Shown: piece by piece, positions 49,419 through 60,715 of the stretch | Layout of the letters: the number at the start of each line of letters is the position of its first letter | How positions within the stretch are numbered: position 1 is the stretch's first letter | Source: Vitrella brassicaformis CCMP3155 | Lineage: Eukaryota > Protista > Chromerida | DNA: 64,000 bases | NCBI GenBank assembly: GCA_001179505.1 | Contig: CDMY01000408.1 | Span: forward strand, 21,253 to 85,252 | Direction: 5' to 3' | Position numbers and translations under genes: made by a program | Notes under the pieces: model-generated | Databases searched by the model: none | The model's input: the letters and a program-made list of their open reading frames with translations, nothing else | What the model was told of the DNA's origin: nothing

Positions 49419-50187
49419 TGTCAAGCATGCCTGCCGTCTGCCTGTCTGAATGAGAGATCAGGGAAGGGCTGTGGTTTTGATCGTGAGGGGATGTGTTTTT
49501 TCTGGCGTATCTATCGTATCTATCGCTGCGGCCATGTGAGGTGTACATAGATATCCAACATAGAGGACATAGTCTACTACTCTAGAGGGACAGTTTTCCT
49601 CCCGGCTGCCTGGCTACAGCCGTCCCCTTGAACGTGGAAGCTCGGATCTCACCCTAGAGAGCTGGATGGCCCATGTGGAATGTGAGACAAGGTAAGGTAT
49701 GAGAGTGCATGCTATGCGTGCTGACTGACCTTGATCTTTATCCACCGATTGTGAGGAGCGGTGTGATCGCATCGCGTGAACGTAGCGTTATTGAACCAGG
49801 ATAACCAAAGTCACGACAACATCTATCGGGCAACGGTGAGCGAGGGAGTAGATCAAGCTTCAAAGAGTCCACGCAGGCAGGCAGGCAAAAACTCATCTCA
49901 GTGACCTCTGGCCCCTCCCCTCGCCCCTTTTACTCTCGCGCAAACGAATCCCTTCCCTCTCTCTCTCTCTCTCTCTCTCTCCCCAGCCGCAAACAGATCT
50001 GCCGCCCCTCAGCACACATATGTACACTGTTCGTCTCGGAGTCCTCACTCAGTCACTGCAGTGCGCCCTCACCCAAATCTGCCCGGTTAGGTTAGCCATC
50101 CATCCCCCAACGATCGATAAAAGCAACAGATAAGGAAGGCCATCCACCCCCCCGCGTGTGGCATTCTGACATGACTCAGCCCTTCGC

Positions 50188-50451
50188 TCAGTCTTCTCTG
50201 TTTTGGATTTTGTCTAGGATCTGTTGGAAGAACCCGAAGAGCCCGTTGTCCTGGTCGCCAAAGTTCTCCAGCCGCCACTCCTCCGTCACGTCCACACTCT
50301 CATTCAGAATCTGAGTCACGCCATCGAAGTCAACCTGAACGAAGGAGACCACACACACACCACACCATCCGTCCACACACAGTTGAGTGATAGATGCAGT
50401 TGTCCCGCTGTCCACACCTCTTTCTCGCCAGGCACATAGGTGAAGAGCTGC

Positions 50452-50482
<31 letters not shown>

Positions 50483-50732
50483 GAGACAGACATGCACAAG
50501 CAGCGCCAGATCATCATCACCAGATCTGGCGTCTCAGCGTGTCAGCGTCACATACCTCCTTTGGGTTTGGGCTGCCGGGTGGTGGCTTGGGTTTGTTGCC
50601 GCCAAGGAGTGCGTGCAGCCTGGTGCCTCGCAGCGTCCGCGGGGATTGGTGATGCACAGACGGCTGCACCACAAACGACAGGGCGCTGCCCACGGCCAGC
50701 AGGCCGACCACCAGCTCAAAAATCAGCTTCAT
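50188..50732 (-). CDS. Small (~117 aa) hypothetical plastid-targeted protein, 3 exons
   Basis: MKLIFELVVGLLAVGSALS-FVVQPS... (signal peptide + Phe + basic transit peptide); phase-0 joins PKE|LFTYVPGEKE|VDFDGVTQIL...KIQNRED*. Confidence 0.65.
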
Positions 50733-51041
50733 TCCACTAACCACGACTCGACAGGAGGAGAAAGTAGAGGGTCCTTCCTGTGGATGCTGCCTTCGAGATG
50801 TGCGAGCTAAACTTGCCGGCGATGGCGAGCTTTTGAAGAAAGGAGGAAGCCCTTTGCAGGTCAGACGAGTGAGGTTTGAAGCCAGGGTGACTGCTGCTGT
50901 CGTGATCTCTTTGAATCGAAAGAGATCCAACACCGTCGGGCGGCCCTCTGTAACTCGTGGCTGTGTGTGTGCGCGAGAAGAAAGAACAGAGAAAGAGAAA
51001 AGGCGCCTTATGATGGATGAATCGATGACAGTGATGCACCG

Positions 51042-51149
51042 ATGACTAGCCCATCTTTGGGGATGATGGATGAGTCCTGGCGGCAGGCGGACAGCATATC
51101 GCTTCAGGACCTCGAGCCAACCAAAGGGAAATTGCTGGGTGAGCCTCGA

Positions 51150-51187
<38 letters not shown>

Positions 51188-54100
51188 GACAGTCACAAAT
51201 GCATGGGCGGTCTGTTTACTGTCATGCAGGTAAAGGGTTTTTTGGCGAGGTGCGGGAGATGCGTGACCGTCGGACGGGGGCCGCTTACGCCCTGAAGGTT
51301 GTGCCGAAGCAGCTCATCCAGAAGCACCATCTGACGTCACAGCTGATGCGGGAGATACAGATACTCTACGGCCTGAAGCACCCACACATCATACGCCTGT
51401 TCTTCCATCTCGAAGATGACACCAACTACTACCTCGGTCGGTGGGCACACACAGAGAGAGGTAGAGAGAGTGGGGGATGGATGTGTGTGTGTGCGTTTCG
51501 TCAGGAATGGAGGTGGCTGCGGGTGGTGGGATGTTTGACAGGCTGAAGAAGGCCTCCAAGTTCAGCCCGCAGCTGGCCGCCAAGTACTTCTCCCAGGTGT
51601 GCGAGGCCATCAACTACCTCCACAAGAGGCCACAGAAGATCATACACAGAGATGTGAGCGATTGTGGACAACACACACACACACACACACACATGGGAAG
51701 AAATGTAGAGTCTTTTGCCATGGTTGGTGGTCGTGCGGTGCGTGGATGTCTGCAGATCAAGCCAGAGAATCTCCTGTAAGTGACCAAGTGACCTGTGTCT
51801 GCGATTAGAGATGTTCTCGTGTCGCCGTCTATCTGGGCAGACTGGATGAGCATGACTCGATCAAGTTGGCCGACTTCGGCTGGTCGAATGTGCTGAGGGA
51901 CACACAGATGCGTGAGTGACCACCCTGCGTCGCTCTGCTCGATCCATCCATCCATCCACCGACCTCTCAGTGTGTGTGGTGTGGGTCCATGTCTATAATC
52001 AGGACAGACATTCTGCGGCACACTCGACTACCTCTCCCCAGGTGTGCACAGCCGCACACACGCATATGGATCAGCCAAGATATGCAAGCCTGTGTGTCGC
52101 CGCTTGATGCAGAAATGATCAAGGGAGAGGGCCACAACGAATCGCTCGACTGCTGGTCCCTAGGCGTGCTGTTGTATGAGTTCCTGGTCGGCCGGTCGCC
52201 ATTCGGCGCACCATCGCAGGATGAAGTCTGCAGAAGGGTGACGACTGAGAGAGACACCGGCTGGCACACTGACAAGTGCCCAGAGCCTCACGTGTGTCTG
52301 TCTCTTTCGGTGACGTTGGCTGCATGGTATGGTCAGATTCTGCACTGTGAGTTGCGGTGGCCCCACGGCGGCACAGATGCAGATGGCATGGACCTCATCC
52401 AAAGGTCAGAGGGAAGGAGAGAGGGCCACCTTTGCAGCTGAAGCTGATGTGTGTCCACTCATGTGATATAGGTTACTCAAGGTGCGTCCCCACGAACGGC
52501 TGACGGTCGACCAGGTAGGTGTGCTATGCCTAGGGCAAGACACATGGCTGCCTGCCTGCCTGCCTGAATGCAATCCACTCGACAGGCGCTGCGTCACCGC
52601 TTCGTTGTCAAGTACACGCGGCCCAGCTCACCAGACGCACCACTCACCGACACAACGACCAATCAGGTGAGCACGGAGAGACACCATCCATCCATGCATC
52701 CATCCATCGACTCATGTTGTGTGTGCAGGAAGGTGCGGCTGAGGGCAATGTGGGTGGGTTGCTGGCTGCCAAGGTGCGTCTGGAGAGGGAGGTGGAGCGG
52801 CTGCGTCAGCGGGAGGAGCGTTACAAGTCGGAGGTCAGGAAGCACCAGCACGACAGCGAGGAGAGGGCGCTCGAGGTCGTACAAATCACCAAGAGGAACC
52901 AGCAACTGGAGGCTGACATCACACAGGTGATCTTATCGATAGATATACTGGGCGGTGCGGTGCCTACACATCCCCTGCCTGTTCGGTTATGTCTTCCCTT
53001 CCTCTGCGCAGCTGACTAGTGACCTGGAGGAGTCAAAAACTGCCCTGCAGGAGGTAGGTGGGTGCCTATGGCGAGGGTGGCCGCGCTCTCTAGCTCTCTA
53101 GTCCACTATGCTGCTACGGTGTGTGTGTTCGGACATCAGCTGACGGCCAAGCTTGCCGAGTCCGACACGGAGCTGCAGCGGCGACAGGCAGCTGCCGATC
53201 AGCTGCCGTCTGTGCAGCAGGCGCTTGACGAGAAGGAGAGGCTGCTCGTCGACATGGAGCACAAGAAAGCGCAGCTCACACAAAAGGTGAGGTGACCGAA
53301 CGAACACCAAACAGGCATGCACACGGAGAATGGGTGCGTGTGTCAGGTGTGTGTGTTGGAGAGTGAGGTGAGCGGCCTGCGGACATCGGCACACGCAGCA
53401 GAGGAGGAGCTGCACGCTCTTACAGACAAACACCGAACCGCAATGCAGGAGAAGCGTACCTATGGAGACAAAAGACACTTCGCTACGGCTTGTCATAGTC
53501 ACCGTCATCCATCCATCCATTAGGTGAGGATGCAATGGCGTCCGAGTGCCGCATCCACACGTGTGAGACCGAGCTGGCCGTCATTCAATCGCAGAAGGAA
53601 CACTTGGAACAGGTGGGCAGGGAGGGAGGCAGGCAAACAGACAGCGTAAGACACCCTCGTGTCGTGTGCACACCACACTGGTGGCTGCATGGCATGTGGT
53701 GTGCAGGTGTTGAAGGGCAACGCGTCGCTCGCCCCTCTGCTGACCAGCCATCGAGACGACAGGGACAAGATAGAGAAGATGGCGGCCGACATACGAGCAG
53801 GTGGGTGTGTTATGTGGCCAGTGCATCGCGGATGCTCCACCCTCCACCCAAAGCATGCATCCACGGCCCGGTGTGTGCTAGGCCTTGATCGAGTGGCGGC
53901 ACAGCAGGAGGGGTACCAGACGAGGGGAGAGCTGCAGAGGGAGAACGAGAGGCTATCGCAATCGCTTCTGCAAATGTAATGTGGGAAGGACAATCGCCAT
54001 GTGTTTTCATCCTGAGAGTCCCGTTGCCCTATCTATCACCAGGAAGAAGGACATGGCGGCATTGCAGCTGTCAGCAGAGCGCGACAAGCACCGAGCCGTC

Positions 54101-55298
54101 GAGCAAATGCAGGTATGTATCTTTTGGCCGGGCAGCAAACACACGACACTCACCAGCGCAGGTGTGATTGGGCGTGCGTGTGTGTGCCAGGCGCTGCATC
54201 GAGAGGAGCTTCGGACGGTCCGCGAGAGGATGGCCGAGGCTGTGCGGCAGATGGAGCACGACGCTGACCAACGCACACAGCGGCTTAGTGGGCGGATCGA
54301 AAGAGACGTAAGGACGCTCACCTATTAGTCTGAGTAGATTTGTCCAGGTCTGTCTGTCTGTCTCTCTGTCTGTCTGTCTGTCTGTTTGTCTGTCAGACTG
54401 AGCGTCGTGCCGACCAGCGTGTTGACATGGATGAGCTGCAACGGATTTCCATCGAGGCCGAGGTCAGCGCACCGCAACACCACCCCACCCACAATCGACT
54501 GGGGTCGATCGATTGACCTTCCCCCCCCCCCCTCTCTCTGTGTGTGGCCAGGCACTGAGGGGCGAGCGTGATCTGCTGCTGCAGCGTGCCGAGCACATGC
54601 GCAAGTCGCTCAACATCACCGATGTAGGCAGCAGACAGGCAGAGAGGGAGACAGGCAAGGCAAGAGAGTGACAGGTCGCGTCAACGTTGGTTCGGTTCGG
54701 TGTCTCACGGCCTCTCTCTCGTCGGCTGTGCTAGCCTGCCAGAGAGGGCCGCGACGGACACACACATGATGAGCCGACTCCTCCATTCAACGCGTAGACA
54801 GACCCATGCATATTCCTGACCCCTCGCCAGGCCACACACACCTATGCTGGCGAGGCTGTCCATACCTGTGCCACACCGTCTCTCTCTCTGTGTGTGTTGT
54901 GTGGGCGTGTGCAGGAGTCTGACAAGCATCAGCGTTCCCGCATCTACGACCTAGAGACGGCGCTAGCACAGGAGCGCGCTAGGCGCGTCGAGCTGTCGGC
55001 CGAGCTGGGCGACCTGGAGCGGTGCGGCCTTGACGAGCTCAAGGAGCAGGTGTCCGACCCGATAGAAAGGGAGACCTTCTACCGCACTGTCGAGGCCACC
55101 ATCCGCTCGCTGCTCGACAACCGACCAGCCCCATCAGCAGCACCACCAGCACCAGCGCGTCGGACATTGCTGGGCAGGAATGTCCCGCCTCCGAGTCGCA
55201 CGAGCGGTGAGTCGGTCCCCGCGAGAAGGCGGTCATCTGGTGCTGTGCTGCCGTCATCGCCCGCACACAGTGTTGGCGGGGCTAAATCGGCGGACTGA
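51042..55298 (+). CDS. Aurora-type Ser/Thr kinase with a long C-terminal coiled coil; many exons
   Basis: LG|KGFFGEV, YALKVV, REIQILYGLKHPHIIRL, IIHRD|IKPENLL, IKLADFGWS, RQTFCGTLDYLSP|EM, DCWSLGVLLYEFLVGRSPF; then heptad-rich exons through to 55298. Confidence 0.9.
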
Positions 55299-55845
55299 CG
55301 GGTGGAGGGGGGGCTGAACGACTGATTACTGGGGGAATACGTGAGGGAGGGAGTGTAGCATAGGGCGTGTTTACGTTGGTATAAGTGGGCAAGGTAGTAG
55401 GGACGGGTGTCTCTCGGTGTGTGTGTGCATCATGACTTCACGATGTGGTTGTGAAAGCCAGACTTCACCTTCATACATAATGCGTCGAGTCGGGTGTCTC
55501 ACATGCATGGTGAACGCCACGTGTGGCATCGATCGCCAAACCAAGCGATGGATTCAACAAACAAGGGCAGACCGATCGAATGGAACGCAAAGGCCTGCCT
55601 AAAGTGAAAGTAAGTGTCGCATACACACACATACCGAAAGATATACATCTCCCTCGTCCCTCGCGATGCACACGTGCAATGTGAATTACATGACATCCCA
55701 TTTCCTCGCTGACGACACTGCGAGTACTCCAGAAGCGGACAGATACACACACCCACACTCAAAACTGACTGCCTGACTGCATGTATGTCCGGCTCCGCCT
55801 GTCGATGGAATGACAACGCACACACAGCGCACATGCCATATACGT

Positions 55846-58800
55846 GTGAGAGAGGACCGACCCCTCCCTGTCTCACTGAAGGCGCTACGGCTGCTCAACG
55901 CACGCCAGCACGCCCAAGTGAAAGTCGACAACCGCAGAATATTAATAATGCACAAAGGCATGCAGCAGGCAGACGGCCGAACAGGCGAACGGGCACTTGA
56001 CATGCAGGCCAAACAAATCACTAAGAAACTTGGTTGGATGGCACTGCCCATCCAACTCGCCTTTAGGCCTGATGGAATGGGCCGCCAGAAGGGGGCGTAC
56101 GATTTACTGCCCGACTGCATGTCCGGCGATCCATACACATACGAATTCCTAGCTTACAAGACACAAGCCTCATGCACAATATGACATGATTGACACCATA
56201 CTGTCTCACCGACGGCTTTACAAGCACTCAAGGCAAGACAGCCAACCCACGAAACACGACATCAGGAAAAGTGACAGGCACTTCACGAGCAGTCGAGAAG
56301 GCATGCGGGGCATCTGATTGGATGCCCCTCCCGACAGACAGGAGGACATGAAGTGGAAAAAATCACAGACAGCCGACAGAAGGCTTTGGCGGCACAACAC
56401 ATGTCATTCCCTGGCACCCACCCAGCTAAGCAAGGGACCAGATCATCCCCGTCTGTCGTGTAATTAAGTACCTTGACTGATCGTCCCTCATGAGATCACG
56501 CGCCCGCTCGAGAGCTTCCTCAATCACACGTCTCTCAGTGCTGCCCTTGTGAGCATACCGGCTGCGCGCATCTGCGGCCAGCTGATCGAGATGCGTCTGG
56601 ATGACATCGAGACGCCTCCCAAATTCCGCTGCGCTAGGTGGTGGTGAGCCGATGGAAGTATTGCTGTGCCCATTCTTGGCTCGGATGCAAATGAAGCCCA
56701 GGTCAGCCAGCATGTCGATCGACCGCTCCATGACGAAAAGGTCCTTCTGGCAGTAGAAACGCAGGCTGTGCATGCACAGGGCGAGCAGCTCCTCGAAAGA
56801 CCATGACCGCATTGCAACGTAGAGTCTCTGAAAATGGAAACACGCACACACGCACATACGTTCAGCATTGCATGACTGCTTTCCCCCCTCTTGTGCGCAC
56901 ACGTACCCCGCGGATTCTGACGAAGTGATGGTGGAGCTTGTTCCGCACGATGTCCTTGAAGAGCTCGCTGATGCGGTCGATAGCGCTGACTGCTGCATGG
57001 GGGTCGTTGACTGACGAAGTCATGACGCGGACGGCGATTTCCGTGATCTCACGAACTGACCGCAGATCGATGAAGAAGGCAAGAGTGCATGTAGCCAGCC
57101 GTCTCGTCTGGTGTGGTCTGTCTGTCCGGCTGGCTGGCCCACCTCCGAATGAGATGCTCTCGCCACCGCGATCTTCACAACTCACACGAAGGGCCCGGTT
57201 CACCATCCTTGTCACACGGTGTAACTGCTGTTTATTCACACGCTCGACACGCTTTACATCACTCGCACTCGCGACTGCCTGCAGACTTGAAGTGTCGACG
57301 TCGGGATGCACACGAACCCATGCCTAGGCACATCAAATAAAGGCATACGTGTGTGGTAGAAACGAGCAGAGCCACACTTCACTTACCAGGACTGTTCCTT
57401 CTGTGACAAATGTGCCCATCATGATGCGACGGTTGACGCACAGCTGGAGAGGGGGCCGCTCCTTCCGCAGCTGATGAGCCAGCCAATGTAAGTCGGCCGA
57501 GCAGATGTAGCCACTGCGCTTGGCGAGGATGATATCTCGATGTCCGAGAGCGAACTCGTCTAATGGTTCGATCTCATCGCTCTCTCGCGGCGGCTCGATG
57601 GTTTGCCGTTTGAAGGAAGTCGCACTCTTCTTGATCCATCCCGTGATCTCCATAACCCAATGACAAAACCCCTCCTCAACCGACCAATTGGCCTCGCGAA
57701 GTGACCGCTTGTTCTCCTGGACAATATTGCGAAGGATGTGCTGCAGATGAAGGCCGCACAGAAAGCTGAGGACACGAAGAACACATGGACAGGAAACCGT
57801 ATCTGCTTGGTATCACACGCCTGCATACTTGTGCATGAAGAAAACCAACAGCCACAAGAACAAGATGCTATCTGCAAAACAAAGGGCACGCAAACCTACT
57901 TGCGGCATTGCGTTTGTCCTCTCTGCTGCTGGTTGCTTACAGAGGCCCAGAACATTGACGGCCAACTCAGGTGTAAACGGATCTTCCTCCTGCTCGTCCG
58001 GAGCCTCGCCGCCGACGAAGAAGATGACAGTCATGCAATAGGCAAAGAAGCCAATGAAGACGCTGCACAGACACACAGGGACCGATAAAAATAAAAGGAC
58101 AAGTATATGAGAAGACCGGCCACTTTCTCTCTCTTCTGCCTGCCAATGAGGCCACTCACCTGAGGCAGCGGACATTCGCTGAGCTTCGCATGTAACTGTT
58201 CACCAGTCGAGGGGAGTAATTGGAAGCGAAGAGCTGCATGGCCAGGATGGTCACCGAGAATGTCAGCACCACCACGTTGATAGATGTCGACCCAAGCATG
58301 TTCAATAGCGCACGCGCACGGCTGACGTCCCGCGTGATCCACTTATACCCTTCCTTCCAGGTCTCCGTCTCGTGCCATCTCTGGTTGTCGCGCAAGAGTA
58401 GCGGGCCGGGGATGCTGGTGTCGTTGAGGCGCTCCAGAGTCAGCCTCAGAGCGATTGGTTGAGCAAGCTGCCTCTTATACCACCTCCAGTGATCATTGCG
58501 GCAGAGGGCGAAGGCGAGCATGACATTGAGAATAATCGATAACTGAAGGGACACCACAGGACACACGCAGCGAGGGATTCATCAAGTGAGGGGAGAAACA
58601 CCTGCCCAAACCTTCATTCGGCTTACGATGGGCCAGAGGAAGAAGCGCCGATAATGGTGTCGAAAGCGGTTGTCCGCACGCTGCACGAAAGTCATGAGGA
58701 AGAGAACACTGAACACGGCAACATAGCCCCAGAGAAGGTATTTGAAGGTTTTGGAACGAGGGTTCTCCTCCAGCTCAGCGGTGAGGGTGCTGTTGAATTG

Positions 58801-59133
58801 ACCGTCAGTCATCCATTCATCGAAGCCCGCCAGTGTGGGTCGATCAGAGGTGTTGTTGAGCGGCAGCTGGCTCATGCCGAACTGATAAATCTGAGAGCCA
58901 ACACGCGCTGAGAGAGGGGGACTCCATACAGCGGGGAAAGCGTGCAGCGGGGACTCCATCTCACATCACCAGCGGCAGCAGTGGACCGTTCCGGACATGC
59001 GCCTGCCAAGATCTCACGACAGTGCTCCGATCTCTCCATTTCGCTCTCTGCGGTATCAGGAATCTCATTCTCTGCTCTCCTCTCCGATCGCCGCATGGCT
59101 CGCAAGAGGGCGAGAGGAAAGAGATAGACGACA
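55846..59133. repeat. Segmental duplication, copy 1 (~3.3 kb)
   Basis: Colinear with 60716-63853, from GAGAGAGGACCGAC...CTGTCTCACTGAAGGCGCTAC to CGCAAGAGGGCGAGAGGAAAGAGATAGACGACA. Confidence 0.92.
56426..58959 (-). CDS. DUF2254-family predicted membrane protein, copy 1 (apparently intact, multi-exon)
   Basis: ARALLNMLGSTSINVVVLTFSVTILAMQLFASNYSPRL, VFIGFFAYCM, LVFFMHN, LAKRSGYI, TFVTEGT, SFG|VREITEIAVRVMTSSVNDPHAAVSAIDRI and SFEELLALCMHSLRFYC match recalled DUF2254 motifs. Confidence 0.8.
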
Positions 59134-59250
59134 GCATGTGTGCCTTCCTCCTGCCCCTTCTCTTTGTTGTTGCCCATCGACCTGCCGTCGACCGCACCCA
59201 GTTTTCGATTCGTCGGTGCATCTCTCTTTCTTGGTCAGCAGGGCCGTCCC

Positions 59251-59937
59251 ATGTCAAGGCTGACGGTGTTGGGCTGCCTCGCCCTGGCCATCTTGACTGT
59301 GTCGTCGGTAGGCGACTGTCTGTGGACACGCACCTGTGTCTGTGTCATGATGCCTGACTCTCCTGCTCAGGCCCCGTCTGGTTTGCGAGGCGAGAGTGGG
59401 CAGAACATGTTGAGCGGCACACAGGTGGTGCAGCCGGCTGATGTGGACTGTGGATCGTTCGACTGCGAGTTCGGCACTTGCCGGAAGGATTTGTCCCTGT
59501 TGAGCAACGAGGAGCGATCCACCTATTGTCAATCGCATGGGCCGTGCTTCCCTGATGGTCGTGAATTCCCTCTGCACTGTTTCGAGCCGTGCTTCAAGGA
59601 GGAGCTGGAGGCTCTCCGCGAGGCGTCGCAGAATGGCACTGGATCCGAAGGTGACGACAGAACGAGTAAGAGGGCGGACGTGTATTATGGTTGTTTCCTT
59701 CTTTCTGCTGCAGAAATCTTTGGTATCGAAGTGTACGATCTGTGTGCCCCTCGTCCTGAAGATGTCACTTTTCCTGGAGCTGGCATTCACTATGTCAGCT
59801 CGCCAAATGCAGCCGCAGGTGGCGCCGTAGGTAGCGCCATAGGTGGCGCACCCTCTTTCCACAGCCAGCCGCGTAACTTTGGCTTATCGAAATTCATGTG
59901 TTGGGTGACGAGTGGTTTCAAGTCTGGTGGGTGTTGA
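59251..59937 (+). CDS. Secreted cysteine-rich protein (2 exons)
   Basis: Signal peptide MSRLTVLGCLALAILTVSS|APS; mature part has about 11 Cys (CGSFDCEFGTC, CQSHGPC, CFEPC...); ends GGC* at 59937. Confidence 0.65.
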   Translation: MSRLTVLGCLALAILTVSSVGDCLWTRTCVCVMMPDSPAQAPSGLRGESGQNMLSGTQVVQPADVDCGSFDCEFGTCRKDLSLLSNEERSTYCQSHGPCFPDGREFPLHCFEPCFKEELEALREASQNGTGSEGDDRTSKRADVYYGCFLLSAAEIFGIEVYDLCAPRPEDVTFPGAGIHYVSSPNAAAGGAVGSAIGGAPSFHSQPRNFGLSKFMCWVTSGFKSGGC

Positions 59938-60715
59938 TAGATGGAATATCAGTAGCCAATTCGCCTCTTGCATGAGTCTGTCGTTCGTTTGGTTTTGATC
60001 CATTGCGTGTCTTGTCTGTCCCTCTGGGGGAGGGAACACTCAATCAGTGTGTCTCCTCAGGAGGGGTAATGCCACCAACCAATTGCATTATTCATGTCCT
60101 TTGCTTTGCCTGTGAGGCACCTCTTCGCCTGTCGCCAGAGAAAGTCAGATGTGTACTCAAAGTCGGTGGTGAGGCCTTTTGTTTTGGTGTGCGTCATATG
60201 TGCGCCCCGGCAGTTTCTTGGAATGTTGTGTGGCCATGCCATGCCTGCATATCGCTTGGCTCAGCGGGTTGTCAGCTATGAGACTTGTCCATGTGGACCG
60301 ACGCGTAGGGCCCCAATATATCATTTCACATCAAACTCATGTCCGAATCATGGAGAGGAGAAAGCAAGCCTTCATCCATCCGTCATGTTCATCCACACGT
60401 CAACACAGCCGTCCATCCACCTGTCCACCCATGCACCACGCCGATCAATTTCATTTGCCTGCACTGCGATCCGTCCGTCCATGCACTGCTGTGCATCATT
60501 CATTTCCCTGATCATGCGACGCAGCTCAGTTGTTTAAATCGTTTATGTAGTCATATGTCAAGGCATCCTCTTCACATTGTCAACACATGAAGAAGACACA
60601 GAATGCATGTCTGATGGACAAGAATACATGATGGCAGGGACGACAGTCAAGCTCTATCGATAGAACGCCTCCCCTCTCCTCCCACATTTCCCTTTCGTGC
60701 AATGCGTGATGCGCA

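Noticed and set aside
49420-50180. Intergenic stretch examined for structured RNA genes
   Set aside because: No tRNA cloverleaf, rRNA or snRNA signature visible by eye; an Infernal/tRNAscan run would be decisive.
55810-56184. Plus-strand ORF repeated at 60702..61073 (QIAKKLGW, HTH-like)
   Set aside because: Differences between the copies are mostly non-synonymous and the upstream frames differ; this is duplicated 3' flank, not a constrained CDS.
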